NCBI GenBank assembly: GCA_051942245.1
Contig: JAVECL010000047.1
Span: 1-64,000 of the forward strand
From: Trypethelium eluteriae
Lineage: Eukaryota
Reading direction: 5' to 3'
DNA: 64,000 bases
This document shows positions 51,594-64,000 of this stretch, in pieces. The translations under genes and the position numbers were made by a program. Below the pieces are notes generated by a model. The model saw only the letters and a program-made list of their open reading frames with translations. It was not told the origin of the DNA and searched no databases. The first letter of the stretch is position 1. Each line of letters begins with the position of its first letter.

Positions 51594-53274
51594 TCAATAA
51601 TACCTGTCATAATACTCAAAGCGTAGGCCGTTCTGGGCTTCGTTGCTCAAAGTAATCGGAATCGCAGGAAGTTTTTGCCCCTTGTCATGTGGGTGATGCG
51701 CATAGGCATTTCCATCAAAGTATTCCTCGAACGTATCCGTTGTGCTGTTGCCATTGTTCCAGAAACAACCAATGGGATCCGTGCAGTCTTCGACGAAAAA
51801 GGTTCTGTATCTGAGCTTCTCGTTCTTGACGGCAAAGAGAAGTCGGGACCATGAGGTCCACATTGTCTCTGATGCATGCTTTTCTAGGTTACATGCATAG
51901 AAACGTACGTCTCGTAACACATTAGCATGGTTCCGGAGGAAGCGCAGTAACGGTTCCGCCTGAAACTCTCCGTTCGTGAATGAAACACTCCTCAGTTTTT
52001 CGTATCTGTAATTTGAGTGCAGAGCTCCACTATCGTCAACTCCCGATGGATCCGTGCACAATATGGGCAGGTAATCCATTTCAAGTGTCAGATCTTCGAG
52101 CTGCTGAGCTGCACGGAGGACACGCGTCATCTGTCCTAGCTGTACAACGCTAGCCCCTTTGCTTCGATGCTTGCCATTTGAGATGACAAGGTTTAGCACG
52201 CGGAGACCCTCAAAGATACTGGCCATTTGAGTCATATGGAAGCCGCTCCGTGAAAAAAACAAATATGAAATCCCTGGCTCTAGCTGTGTGCTGGGCTCGT
52301 ATGAGGGTCGAATGATGAATTCCTTGACGCCGAGCTTTCCCGTCCTTATCTTCTGCTCATTAAGGGCTCGCAGTAAGATGAGAAGACCTCTGAATGGACG
52401 TGAATTCTCGAGAGCTCCATAGAACCCAAGTTCAGGCAAGGCGTCATCAAGATAGTCGATGTCGAACAAGTCCCCTACGAACTCATCAGGCGAGCGGAAC
52501 TCGTCGTACCTGGATGGCAATAAGTCAGTGCCAAAAGACCAACAGTAAAGGCAAATGACAAGGTAGATGCATTTGACAATTAATTCTTCAATTAGCTCTA
52601 TTCATCATTTGTGCTGATTGGAAGATTGTACTGACCAACAGACACTCGGCGGAAATGGGACTCTCTCCGGCCATTGTTTCCACTGCCTCACAGTCGGACT
52701 AGTACCGAATTCTGGGACCTTGTCCTCGTGCGGGATCGGCTCAACATTGCGATTGGTAAGGACGACTCGTCGGAGATTTTCGAGCTTTGGCATTGCTTTA
52801 TTGAGAGTCTCTTGGTCGTGAGCCAGTTTGCGGATGGAGTGATGAGCCGACGCTACTTCAAACCTAGGTAGACACATGTCAATGATTTCTGAAGATCTAC
52901 TCGAAGTGGTCTTACACAGTGACGTACCATTTCTCAAACGCACCACGAGTAGGTAAATACTTTGCACCACGCCGTAATTCGTGTCCATGCTCATTAGCGT
53001 TCAGAAAGGTCTTCCAATTTGCGAGCGGCCGCTGGAATGTTGTATCATCCCATACTAATTCGCGGATGTTTTTGACGAACCGGGAGGAGGTTACGCGATT
53101 GAAAATTGCTAGGTCCAGTGGGTGAGAAGAGATCCAGATGCGGTCCCAGATTAGTGGCGAAGCAAGCCTTTCGAAGAGCTTCGATGTCAACCTTAGGTTC
53201 TTGAGCGATCCACGCGTAGAATGCTGAACAATGTTATCGAGAAGTTCCTCGGGAAGATCGGTCAGGAACATCAT
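51594..53274 (-). CDS. F-box domain protein, 3 exons
   Basis: N-terminal LTDLPEELLDNIVQH..LKNLRLTSKLFERLA F-box; LRR-like C-terminal half; introns splice in frame. Confidence 0.75.
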
Positions 53275-54016
53275 GGCAGTGTAGAAATCTATTCAAACAA
53301 TCGCGCGGTAGAAGCTGGCGTGTCCGGGAGTGGCGACAAGTGGTTCATTTACCTGGATACGCAAGTTTCCACCAGTTGAACTCGCGGTTGCCAATATTCT
53401 TGCAGGAATGAATAACATATGCAGGCAACAGTGTGTCGCGAGTGTCACGGAGCAAGCTTAGAGTCTGAGTGATTAGGTAGGACCGACGGGCAGAAGTCAC
53501 ATTGGTAGGAACAGGGTGGGTCTACGTCCCTGTCTTTAAGAATCGGGCCTAAGGATACTATACCTGCACGCTTTCACATCCTTGATTTAATAATACATGC
53601 ACGTTCATACATTGGCAAACTTCTCATTATTTTCAGGAGTATCCATACAAATTTCCACCGCTTCCGGGAGTGATTGTTCAATCTAAACAAGTGCCACTCC
53701 AATCGATCTAAGTAGATTTCATGTCACCAAAAGGGGTCCGATTTTATGAGCCATTACAGTCCATCCCAAAGCATCGATGCAGCAGAAATCCAGATCCATA
53801 GGGCCAGGATTCTTCCGAGAGGGTTCCAGATCTATCAGCTTTGTCCAGGGTAGAAGGCTCAATCTTGGGAAAGAACGGTGAACTGGAAGAAGAGCCACCG
53901 ATTGTATACGATAGCCCTGTTTGTGTTTTAGACAAGCTAGAATTTCACTAAGAAGAATTTTGGCCACCTCCGACCCTCGAGCGTTGATGGAGCACAGCTT
54001 CTGTAAGCTCCCGGTG

Positions 54017-54037
54017 TTTTTTTTTTTTTTTTTTTTT
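54017..54037. repeat. Poly(T) tract, 21 nt
   Basis: Seen directly. Confidence 0.9.
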
Positions 54038-54275
54038 GATGAACTGAGGCATCCGTTGAGACGCAGGAAAGATTTGATAGCAATATAAAAGATCCGATCT
54101 GGTGGTCGACCACGCTCTCGCAAAGGATTTCTCTAACAACTCTATATACACTTACAGTCTATATTGAGAGATTCACATTGGAAGTCGCAAAAATAGCATG
54201 CGTTCCAGTATCAGCCTCTTTCGCGCCCTGGAAGCTAGAATGAACACAAGTTTTACAGCTCCTACAGATCGAGTC

Positions 54276-55419
54276 TCATATGTTCTCCTTTGCACGTCCA
54301 GGCAACACACGATTTTCGAATTTCCGCATGAGTTTGTTAGTTTGCTCGGCCAAACTCAATGTTAATATCTGCAGAGGAATCAGTTCCAATGTCCTTTCAT
54401 CAAGACTTTAGAAGAAAGACAAACCGTATGAGGCAAGATACGGGCGAGATGTGCGAAGAATCCCTTATATATGGCTAGAAATCCTTCCGTCCGGACGGTC
54501 TTCCATAGACATTCGAAGGCGTTATTGTATAGGTTCCCCGTTTGGTTGTACATCCTATTCATGATCGTATCACTAGGATGCATTGCCAGACAGACTACCA
54601 ATCCCGAACATGCACTGCTGGCCAAATGTAATGCAGGTCCATCTGTCATGTGGAGGTGTCGTTGTAACCTTCTTTTGGCAAAGAAATAGGTAGGCAGCTG
54701 GACGCTACTTCCGAAACCAGTTCGTACCATCGCAGGCGCCACTCCTCTGTATAAGCCTCTGACACCCTCTTTAGCGTAAATATCGGAGAGGGCATGCCGC
54801 GCGTTGCGGTATTGATGTTGTGTGCCAACCGGGAGGAATGGGGAATAAGCCTGAAGCCTTGTTTTCACAAGGAAGAAGGGTGAGCCCAAGGCTGCTCCCA
54901 TGATACCCGATGTGGCACCAGAGAAAACATTAATACCTAGGGACTGGACAGAGGGGTCGTGGAAGAGCGTCTGCGTGAGATTCTTTCGAATTGGCTCATA
55001 AAATCCGAGACGGCAACCGTTTAAAATCATTTGATAGATATACTGCGACATAATCAGCTCTGTTGCTTGCGGTGGTGCGGAAAGCCTACAGCACAGTTCA
55101 TCCCGCGCAGAAGTCCTGTGAACCCTTCATTTTTGATAATAACACTGCCACCATGTATAACTCCTCGATAGAGTTTTGGCGCGTCTTTTTTCTCCTGGAG
55201 TTCACCTTGTAGTTGCAACCTATACACTCATGAGCGCCTCTAGATCCCAGACGCATACGTTTGCTCAGGCGCACCGAATCTTGACCGTTTCGAACCCATG
55301 GGTAACAGTGACAGCTCCACATGCTGCTATGCCGCCAGCAATGAACGAACTGAGCGATGTATTAGTGTATTGCCTCAACCGACAGATAAAATGCTTCTTT
55401 ACCCAACAGTTGTGGACAT
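54276..55419 (-). CDS. OAC1: Mitochondrial oxaloacetate carrier
   Basis: AACGAVTVTHGFETVKI, YQMILNGCRLGFYEP, GSPFFLVKTRLQ, RTGFGSSVQLPTY, ARILPHT|ILTL; multi-exon. Confidence 0.9.
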
Positions 55420-56160
55420 GTTACAGCACCTCTTGGACTGGGAGTTGAATCAAGTTGACCAAGTCTGACCACGGATCCAGGGAACAAGAGTAGAGTTATC
55501 ACGGACGATTCATTGGGGAGGCTTCCAAGACATTGAACTCATCTGGGAGATTCCTGGGGCAAGACGGACATGTCGTTGTTGGGTATTAGGTAGTTTTTCA
55601 GTCAGACAAATCGGTGCTTGGGCGGTCTAGCTCCAGGTCTACGAGCCCCGGAATCGGAGCTCCCCCTGTGTAGTACGACGTCACATGTTGTCGCGTGCGA
55701 AGGCGCCAGGCACTAAGGTACCTAAGGCAGATAGGTAATTAACCCCAGCTTCAAAGGTACGGAGTACCTACCAAAGGTACTGAAATATACCCACCAAAGG
55801 TATATTCAAGTTTCGACTGCCGAAAAGTATTTACAGCTTGACTGAAACCTTCTGACAAATAAAGGAATTCTCTGTCGCCTTGGATATCCGCCGGACTCTG
55901 GAGAAAGCCCGTCACAGTGTATCTGCGCTCGAGGAAGGATTGCGAACTCGTCCACCGGAGACGTGTGCCCATGAACCGAACGCTCGAGTTCGTCTGTTAG
56001 CCTCGATCGGACGAGAAACGCATGACCTGTAATCTGACTCGCGAGGCATCGTCCACTCCGAATTGAAAGCGCGCGCAAAATCAAGCGCACGCCTGTTCAT
56101 TAAGTCAATCGCGCATCAGAAACTGTATGCCATTGATCATCCCAAGCAGACTCAGTCGTG

Positions 56161-57284
56161 ATGGCAGATACATCTACCCCTGACGCGCGTCCGCCTACTG
56201 CAAAGATCTCAGATGTGATTACGACCTTCAGACCCTCTAGACGCTTTCAACCGGAAAGCTCGAAAACGTCGGTGACGTCCCTTGACTTTGACGATACGGG
56301 AGAGCTTTCGGTGGTCGCTCGAGATGACGACACACTCCATCTCTACAACTGCAAGTCCGGCAAGCATGCGAAGGAACTGAAAAGCCAAAAGTATGGCGTG
56401 CATTTGGCACGGTTCACGCACAATGCGCAAAGTTTGATATATGCCAGCACTAAACAGGATGGTACGTTCATATCTCTTCAATCAGGGATCTCTCTCACCA
56501 GTACCATACAGATGGAATCCGTTATCTTTCATCCCATGACAATTCGTATATCCGCTACTTCAAAGGCCATACCGATACCGTCACATCCATTGCTCTCTCC
56601 CCGGCCTCTGATACCTTCCTCTCATGTTCTCGCGATAACACCGTGCGCTTCTGGGCTCTCAATTCTGCTAACGCACAGGGGCAGCTCAACCTCCATGCGG
56701 CTTACCTGTGTGCCTTCGACCCCTCTGCAACAGTGATCGCCATTGCCTCACCACCTACCCAAACAATCCTCCTATATGACTCACGCAATTACGATAAGGC
56801 ACCCTTCGCTTCGTTTGAGACGCGAGATTTTGAGCAAAAATACACACCCCAGACGGCGGGACGCGAGTGGAGCAAATTAGAATTCTCCAATGATGGCCGC
56901 AACCTCCTTCTCAGCACCAACAGTGGCGCTGGACATTTTGTGCTCGACGCTTTCGACGGTGTTTTGCGCTGGTTCTGCGCGATAGACAGCGGCAGTGGGC
57001 CATCCGGCCGCACATCTCCTAGTGACAAAGGAGGCATAGCTGGTCAGGGCGACGCATGCTTTTCTCCGGACGGTCGATACCTGCTAAGCGGTTGCGGTAG
57101 GAACGCAATTCTAGTATGGGATGTAAATTCACCAAAGAACCCAGAGAAGATCTTGCGTCCAATGACGGAGCTTCCGGGCCCTGGCAAGGCGGCCGTGGTA
57201 GGATACAATCCGAAACACAATCTAGTGTGTTCTGCTGATAAGGACCTGATTTTTTGGCTTCCGGATCCTGATCTCGCCCCATGA
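56161..57284 (+). CDS. SWD2: COMPASS/CPF WD40 subunit Swd2 (WDR82)
   Basis: SQKYGVHLARFTH, IRYLSSHDNSYIRYFKGH, LEFSNDG, FSPDGRY; one intron near 56462-56511. Confidence 0.92.
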
Positions 57285-59844
57285 TAACCGGAAATTCTAG
57301 CGTAGCATTGGAAATGAGGGGTACTGTGTTGAAGGTGGGTTGCAATAAAAGTTGGCTGGCCTTGAAGCTCTGCATGCTCGTAGCAGTCCCTGTTGCCAGG
57401 CTGAGGTACTCCGGTGGTGTTTCAGTGCTTTCCTTAGATGTCTTCCTTAAAAGGGTATCCAGAAACGACATCCGGGTCAAACTTACGCGATCGACATTAG
57501 GCACCTCAAGTTTGTGGGACCTGTTGTCAACAACGCACGTCATGCATCCTGAGCAGCTCAAGGCGAGGATCCAGCTTCGTAGTGCACCGGAGCTGACATG
57601 CGCATCATTAAGATTCACATATCCAAGCCAAGGACCAATGTCGGCCTGCCAACAAGTGCCGCTGGTTAACTGACGACATCCTGGGGCATCGTCATCTGTG
57701 CCAGGCCGAGCATGCGGTGAGACTCTGCAAGACCAAGGATTTTCAGGAAGAGCGGAAAGTATTCCGGAGCTCGCTCGGTTGGCCTTTCAAACGTAATCAG
57801 TAGCCAACTTGGCAAATGCTGGCATCGTGCATCAGTCACCGTAGAGAAATTTGGGAGGGCCTCAGGCCGGAAACATGGGAAACAGGCCGATCTGGACATG
57901 GCCGACTCTATAGTTCCGGTGTAGTAAGCTCTTGCGAGGTCTTACCTGAAATTGAAAACATGCTTTGGTCTACTTTTGAGCGCGCACGTTTCCTGCAAAC
58001 CGATTTTCTCAAGGCAGCTTTCCCAGGGGGTTGACGCAGATCCAGCGATCCCTACCTATTGCCATCAACATTGCGTCCAATCTAGTGATTGGAGTGGGAT
58101 CCAGAGTAATTGAGAAGTGTCAAGACTATCAGCATATGTTTCCAGAATTTCGTCGGTATCCTGCTAAATTTGTACGCAGTAGGTATGTCGAGATCGACAG
58201 AGTCTCGGGTGCACGACACAAGTAAGTTGAATGCCGTGTTCGGCTTACTCGAGTCAGGGATTCTTCACAGGTAAGACTTTCCGTGCTCCTCTCTGGGTCT
58301 CTTGTCGTTGTCATGGATTGTTGAACAGAGAGCAGCCTTACGTGTGCTTGATGGACAAGAATGAAGGGCCTGTATTGAAGAAAGCCATGGATTGCCCCCG
58401 GGTGCCTTCAGTAATATAGACGCTAATCTGGCATCTGGCATATCCCCCTTCCTGCGAAAGTTCATGCTCCACAAATTCAGCCATGGTCGGAGTTCGGTCG
58501 GGACTAAGCTCCGCAGAAAGGAAGGTGCCACCTGCCACTTCAGAGGACAAACCTGCGGTGCCTGAACCACACCTACCTTCACCACACAAGACGGAGTACT
58601 CCTTAAAGGAAGTTCGACGACCACTCTCGCCAAATGACCGCATGCAGAGATTACTTCCGTAGTGTCTGAGACAGCCTGCCCAGGCTCCTGCTTCGTACTT
58701 GGGCCCTTGTCCTGTCAATATCACTAAATGGAAAGATTGGCATTTGCCTTGGAAACCCTTAATCCGATCGGCACCCGCCAAATTGGGCCCCTGCCCTATG
58801 ATAGGGCTCCAGAAGCATCCAAGCAGCATCCATGTTCTTGCCTCGTGACCGCGGCATGGAGCAGGCTTCTCCGCAAATGCGAAATGGGCTTGTGCATGGT
58901 GCCACTGCGCAGTGCCCTTTCGTCCAACCCATGTGGCCTGGGCACGATCGACGCCCGAAAAGGGATTTGGAGGATCGCTGCGCTTTGACCCGCGAGGAGG
59001 CGGGAAGAAAACCTATCTCTGCTACGTTAATATTACCTCTTGCTTTTTCTTCGAATTATTTCCTTGGGTGAGCCATAGCGGAGCTCCCAATTATTTCCGA
59101 TGTTAGCGTTTCAGAAATGGCGAAGTCTCCGCTATAGTATTGCTCTAGTCCTTGGATTGCCTTTCGCGTGCTCCGTACCAAGGCCTGAACGCGCTGCTGA
59201 GCCGTAGGGCCAGGGAGATGGAGCGGGGCCACGGGGATTAGTAGAAGAGAGTAAGAGCAAAAGGCTGCGGAGAGGCGGTGCCTGCCGAGCAACTATCACA
59301 TTGAGGAGAAATCGTTACATATTAAGCATGCCCAGCTGTTGGTAGCGTCTCGCTAATTTTCTGTTCTCGTCACCTGGTGGGTCTTCGGCGATTGGGGGAG
59401 ATTTCATGTAGGTTCAAAAGTTCAAGCTTTGGAGCAGTTCGTCTCGTGCCCGTGCTTAGTACCTGACTTGAATAAACCTTCAAATTTTCTTTCTACTTTC
59501 CTCATTCTCACTTTACAGTCGTTTCTTCCTCTGGCTGCTCAGCCGGGTCTGAGTTGCCACTACGTATCAAGCTGTTGTCGACTTCGAGATATAGTCGTTA
59601 TATACCCAACCCTTGTCCCCAATCGCGTCTTTGATATTCCAGCTATCCTTTTACGAGCATTGAGCATGCGGACGCCTATCCATGTATCACCTCGTCAATT
59701 ATGACACGAGCCTGGTTCCTTTGCCCATCACCACCAAGGACCTCATCTGGGACGTCTGTTCCTGTAAACGGTCTGACGTTCAAGCTCAATATCAATCGAA
59801 TCTCATCAGCTTTGGACCCAGCTCGCGCTATCATAAGCTCAGCA

Positions 59845-60555
59845 ATGAAACGTGGCCGATCAGCGGACGATGTTGATGGAGACGCGACCGCGTTCTTTGC
59901 GAGTAAGAAGCAACGTCTTCATTTGCAGCTCTTTACCTCGAGGCTTAGCACGCCCTACGCGGCACCTTCCAGTTATATCGTCGGTCAAGGAGACTCTAAA
60001 ATCGCAGTCTGGGCCAAACAGAGAGGTTTTGGTGTCGAGAGTCAAGGACGAGATTTGAGAAGGGTAGCGAGCATAAATATGATGAAGAAACGAGTTAGCA
60101 ACGAAAACCATGCTGCGGGCTTGAAGAACTCTACAGAAGAGACATTGCAAGGCCTCCAACGCCGTCCTCATGCTAGGCCCCATTCAGTGCCGCCCTTTGC
60201 CATCCCGCCGTCACCACTAGGAGTTTCCAATTACACGGCGCTTGATGATGAGGATCCCTTCAGCGAACAAGACATTCCTGATCCAGACAACCAGAGAAAG
60301 AACGAAATATACAGTGACTTCAATATCCTTGATCCTGTCGAGCGCGATCCGGAGAGAGCTGCGGAGGAAGACGAGCTGCACTCGGTCTTCGCGAGGGTGC
60401 CACTGGAGATTTCGTATTCACAACTACAGCGAGAGGAAAAAATGGTTGTGGACGTCGTTGGACAGGTGGAACGGCCTCCTAGCCCGCCTGATCTGTTGCG
60501 CGAGGTTCTAAGGGAGAAGGAAAAGCAAGGAGAAACGTCGTTCATGGAACTCTAA
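59845..60555 (+). CDS. Hypothetical fungal protein (start may be 59701)
   Basis: Long ORF with KKQRLHLQLFTSRLSTPYAAP..SKIAVWAKQ, PPSPLGVSNYTALDDED and IYSDFNILDP, blocks recalled from a conserved Pezizomycotina family. Confidence 0.7.
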   Translation: MKRGRSADDVDGDATAFFASKKQRLHLQLFTSRLSTPYAAPSSYIVGQGDSKIAVWAKQRGFGVESQGRDLRRVASINMMKKRVSNENHAAGLKNSTEETLQGLQRRPHARPHSVPPFAIPPSPLGVSNYTALDDEDPFSEQDIPDPDNQRKNEIYSDFNILDPVERDPERAAEEDELHSVFARVPLEISYSQLQREEKMVVDVVGQVERPPSPPDLLREVLREKEKQGETSFMEL

Positions 60556-60757
60556 AAGCATTGTTTCTTGCCGCTTCTGCCCTAAGTCCATACTGTATCA
60601 TATCGCCACGCCATCTCCGAAGAGAGACTTGGGATACTGCCATTAATGGTCCCGAGTTTTGTGCCGCTTATTCTTAAAGCTGCTCTTCGATTCTCGGACT
60701 CATCATAGTTCGCGAAAAAAAAATTTATCCACTGGTCTATTTTCGGTCTGAGAATAT

Positions 60758-61673
60758 TTAAGATAATTTGCGCTCGCGATCAGTGGCAATCTCACACATT
60801 GCCTATTGGATCGACGTAAGTACTGTGGCTTCACATTCTCGAGAGAACCTACCTTGATTGCTGCCGCTCGTTCGGACTGAGTATCGCTGCCGGTAATCCT
60901 TGCACGCATATCCTCCATAATCGTCTGCCTACTTCGACCGTTGACGAAAGTGCTGCCATCCGTCAGCCTCCTCCAGTAATGGAGCATGTTGCTCTGGTTC
61001 TTTGGTTGAAGGAGATGAGAAGTGAAACAATAGAGTAATATCGTGCAACTTCCAAGACATTGCCAGTAGTAGCGCACCGTTCTCCTGTTAGTTGCACCAC
61101 TAATATGCAAATCATTGGGGATGTGTTGAGGGTGACCCTCAGTTCAAGCATTTTGGATTTTGGACGGCGCTGCGTGACTCTTTGAAATTCCTATTGTTGG
61201 ATTGGTGTTTTTCCCCCCCTTCTTGCTCTTGGAATGACATGACAACAATGTAATCTGCCAAATGAAGGGATTACGTACACATAGCGCAAGCCAGGAAATT
61301 TCTTTTCATACTCGTCATTCAGTGACATAAGCTGTGCCGCTTCTTCCCCTCCACCCTGTAGCTGAGCTTGCTCATATTGACTTTGTGCACTTTCAACCTT
61401 CTTGGCCCCAAGACGAGGGTGTGCACAGAGAATTTGGTCAAGCAGCTGCTTGTCACTTGGGGAAGACGACTCCGAGAGTTCTGTCAACTGCGCCCCCACA
61501 GCGGCGATGAGATCGTTGTAGCTTGTAAAAGGTTCATTGAGAAGAAGATTAAGCGAGAGAGTATGCAGTGGCACAGAAGGCTCAAAAAGCGTATCGAGAA
61601 CTGCGGCTCGTTCTGCTTCCCAAGAGATTTGTAATTCCCAGATGGGGGGTAGACGGCTTAAAGACGTGTCCAT
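60758..61673 (-). CDS. OHCU decarboxylase (urate degradation), 3 exons
   Basis: LDTLFEPS, ILCAHPRLG, LNDEYEKKFPGLRYV|TFVNGRSR..|AMCEIATDR. Confidence 0.88.
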
Positions 61674-62404
61674 TAGTAGGCTGCCACCGTTACACTGCTT
61701 ATAATAAATCACAATAAGACCAAAGCTATCTTCTCATTCGCAGAGACAAAGAATTTGGTGTGGTACGCCGGACCAAACCGAGCGGTCTTGGATTTTGGGA
61801 CCGGGCTAGGCGGTGTGGTGGTGCCCTAGAGAGAAAAAGGATAGGAGTCATCTCCCGTCATTCGCTATTGCGGATTGATAGATAGCCGTGCAAGGAAAAA
61901 TCCATGTGCGCGCACATGCCGATCTGCAAGAAAGAGCACTCCGTCTGGCTTTTATGCCGCATGATGAAACCTAGAACTTGCAGCTGACTACGCGGCTACG
62001 CCTTTACGGACGACACGCCCGTCGCTTAGAGGTGTCGTCCTCTTCTTCCCGATTTATTGAGTATGATGGTATACGCAACCATTGTCCAACGCCGCAGCGA
62101 CGGAGTACGACGACCACATCGGACGCATCGGTTCTCAGTGACGACATGAACTTGGTCTCATCCGTAAAACCCCTCGATGGGTTTGCTCCGGTGCTTGGCT
62201 TTCGTGGGGCCGTGGCCGTGGCGATTTGATCTACCGCTGGGATCACCACCGACCCCTGATTGCTCGGCCCGTTAGCATCATCTCGCCGCGCCACGACATT
62301 CAGGTTCCTCCTCCCCTCCCCCAGACGTCTAAACTTGGAAATCCCCTTCTTGTCTGCCCCAGAGCAGCCGAGGCGGCCTCTGTTCTTGAGCGCAGCCTGC
62401 TGCC

Positions 62405-64000
62405 ATGTCGCTCAATGGGCTGGACAATCCCAACATCACAGCGGCGTTTCAATCAGCTCTTGGTGAGGCTGGTGGATGGTTCGTAACCCTCGGTCCCTCT
62501 GTTAAGCGACTAACAAACGACTAATTTAACCTAGGTTTCTGCTGAAATATACTTCACGGGATGAAGTCGACTTGTATGCTCGAGGGCACGGAGGAATCGC
62601 AGATTTACGAGCTGCAACTACCCAATATTCCGAGACATCACCACTCTACGGATTCCTACTCTATCGACGGCGGAAAGTCCTAGTCAAACACATCCCAGAA
62701 GGCACATCACGTTTACTACAAGGTAATGGGCACAGTCAATTCATCCGTCGATCACAGCTAAAGCCGAAGTGAAGCTCGAGTCACTGTGCATTTTCAGGCT
62801 ATCACTGAAAAATTCTCTCCCTTCGATACAATCCTTACGTCTAATACTCCAGATGGTCTGAATGATAGCGCCCTCGCCGTGGCCTTCCCTCTGCATACTG
62901 CGTCGCCGTCCAATTCTTCAAGTAGGCTACATGAAATTGCCGAGGATGGCGAGGATACACAAATTCAAGCGAAAAGGACTGAAAGTCCTCTGGATGAGAT
63001 AGATGCTGGCCGTCCAGCGGCTGAACTCAAGAATGAAGCAGATTTGCCCGAGCAACTTGACACGCCGATCATAAGTGTGACAGACGAAAAGAGCTCGATG
63101 CTGCTCAAATCAAATACGGTTGGCTCCAAGATTGTAGTCTCAGAAGGAGAGCTAAATCGAGCTGATATGCCTAAATCGGACACGGAGCCATCCGCACAGT
63201 TACCATCCTATGATCACATGGGCAATTACGAGTTCCTTGGAAATACAGAAGATCCGCCACGTCGGTCAACTCAAAGTGCACGTACCATCGTTCCAGACTT
63301 CAGCCTTTATGATATCAAGCCAAAAGTCAAGTTGGGCCCCAGGCCATCACTAGATGCAAGAAGGCGGCCAAATACCTCAGGAGCAAACGGAGGTGCGGGA
63401 AACCGACCCATATCTACCCTGCCTGCTGGACTCAAGATGTTCCCAAAACGAGTGCCGGAGCAGTCAAGAAAATCCGAGGACGTACCCCGGCCAAAATCCT
63501 TTAATGAAAATCAGACGAGCAGTGGCATGATTATGCCTACACCTCCACCGATTCCTGACGTTCCAGTGATCGCACCTACGAGTCCTCGACCGACAAGCCG
63601 CGGCAGCACGAAGTCAATGCCATCATCAATGACTCCAGAGAAAAAGAGACTAATGAAAGCTTTGGAATTGAGGAGAAAACAATTGGCTACAACGAAAGCA
63701 ATCTCTGCGACCAAGACAAAGCCGGAGATCAATGAAACCCGACCTGTCGCAGTTGAGGTAAAACCTGCAGAAGAAATGAGTAACGAAGGTGATTCTAGCA
63801 CATCTGGCTCTGGAACAAAGGCAGACTCTGGCATTGGACTTCAGTATGAAGGAAAGTCGCAACTAGATGACACGACGAATATGACACCTTCAGCCCATGG
63901 TCGAGATGAAGGATCGAACACATCTACAGAATCACAAGTGGTTTCAAAAAGTCGGACAGAAGTTCTTCCAAATGATTCCCATCCCGAGCTTGTAAGCTCT
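62405..64000 (+). CDS. ADF-H/cofilin-like N-terminal domain protein, truncated by the window end
   Basis: MSLNGLD..EAGGW|FLLKYTSRDEV..PLYGFLLYRRRKVLVKHIPEGTSRLLQ|ARVTVHF, followed by a long low-complexity frame still open at 64000. Confidence 0.75.

Noticed and set aside
57300..59700. Several 60-200 aa ORFs in a 2.4-kb intergenic stretch
   Set aside because: No recognisable domain, transposon motif or terminal repeats; most likely a long promoter or UTR

Overview
Gene-dense, intron-containing eukaryotic DNA from a filamentous ascomycete (Pezizomycotina, inferred from short GT-AG introns with CTRAC branch sites and from the gene families present). About 31 protein-coding genes can be built by hand, most of them housekeeping genes: arrestin-like, PPIL3 cyclophilin, ZPR1, Rpr2, DBR1, Gpr1/Git3 GPCR, UCH-L, IBA57, PDI, EBP2, HSBP1, an RFTS/Raf2-like protein, PUS4, an SLC35F transporter, Rab7, OAC1, SWD2 and OHCU decarboxylase. 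Two things stand out. (1) An accessory block at about 13.3-26 kb encodes a UbiA prenyltransferase, two secreted BBE-type flavoenzymes, a SnoaL-like protein, an SDR, a cupin and a PTH11-like membrane protein. It resembles the tailoring set of yanuthone/macrophorin/patulin-type epoxyquinone pathways, but no PKS, decarboxylase, P450 or transcription factor lies between its housekeeping flanks. (2) A ~200-nt ungapped fold-back hairpin at 4142-4339 has strongly one-sided transitions. No rRNA, tRNA, CRISPR array or intact transposon was recognised. Family calls come from remembered motifs, not database searches, and exon boundaries were read by eye.
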